A stretch of DNA of 64,000 bases. It comes from Ginglymostoma cirratum. Its lineage: Eukaryota. A program made the position numbers and the translations under genes. The stretch lies in NCBI GenBank assembly GCA_024137785.1, contig JAHRHZ010000282.1, forward strand, positions 1-64,000, in the 5' to 3' direction. How positions within the stretch are numbered: position 1 is the first letter of the stretch; the number at the start of each line of letters is the position of its first letter. This document shows positions 63,629-64,000 of this stretch, one piece after another. Below the pieces are notes generated by a model that was not told the DNA's origin, ran no database searches, and saw only the letters and a list, made by a program, of their open reading frames with translations.

Positions 63629-64000
63629 TTACGGGCGCCACTGATCACGATACTACGTCAGGCAAACAGTGAGGTAGGAATGGATCTGAAGTGGTTCCCG
63701 AATTCACGGTGACGTTTTGCACTTCCAATTCGGGCACAAAGCCTTAATCATTAGAAATCTATTCTTGAAATAAACTAATGCCACCAGTTTCGTGAATAGA
63801 AAACAAATTATTTACTTTGTGTCTTTCATGATGTTCCAAATTACAGCAATGAAGTACGATCAAAAATTCAGCAACTGGTTTTGATCCAGCAAAATCCTCC
63901 AGTCATATAGAGGACTGGGTTTGAGAGACAATAACGTGGCGCAGGATGCTAATAATGAAACACTGGAGCAAACTGAATATTATCAAGAACATTGTAGTTT

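Larger units (their letters stand above)
54198..64000 (+). repeat. Segmental duplication copy B
   Basis: Collinear with 1-17850 but lacks the 3.4-4.9 kb and most 6-12.5 kb insertions. Confidence 0.9.

Overview
Vertebrate genomic DNA, not prokaryotic. The NAR-TCR cassette, GPR139-like GPCRs and CR1/Penelope/HE1-type repeats point to a cartilaginous fish, probably a shark, and to the V-segment region of the T-cell receptor alpha/delta locus. (1) A NAR-TCR cassette lies on the minus strand: leader plus IgNAR-like V with 22-bp RSS, a candidate D, a NAR-type J, and a leaderless supporting V-delta. The supporting V-delta is followed by a ~61-bp-period tandem array of 23-RSSs separated by short D-like cores; this is the most unusual structure in the window. 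(2) A segmental duplication (about 1-17.9 kb vs 54.2-64 kb) carries two plus-strand V genes per copy: a single-exon leader+V gene with a CAT-type heptamer and a conventional V-alpha-like gene. Both ORFs are intact in the right copy and disabled in the left. (3) There are several decayed V relics, one intact two-exon GPR139/142-like class A GPCR and one pseudogene paralog. (4) CR1, Tx1-like, Penelope, SINE and Gypsy-type remnants are abundant. All calls come from manual reading and translation with no database searches; TE boundaries are approximate.
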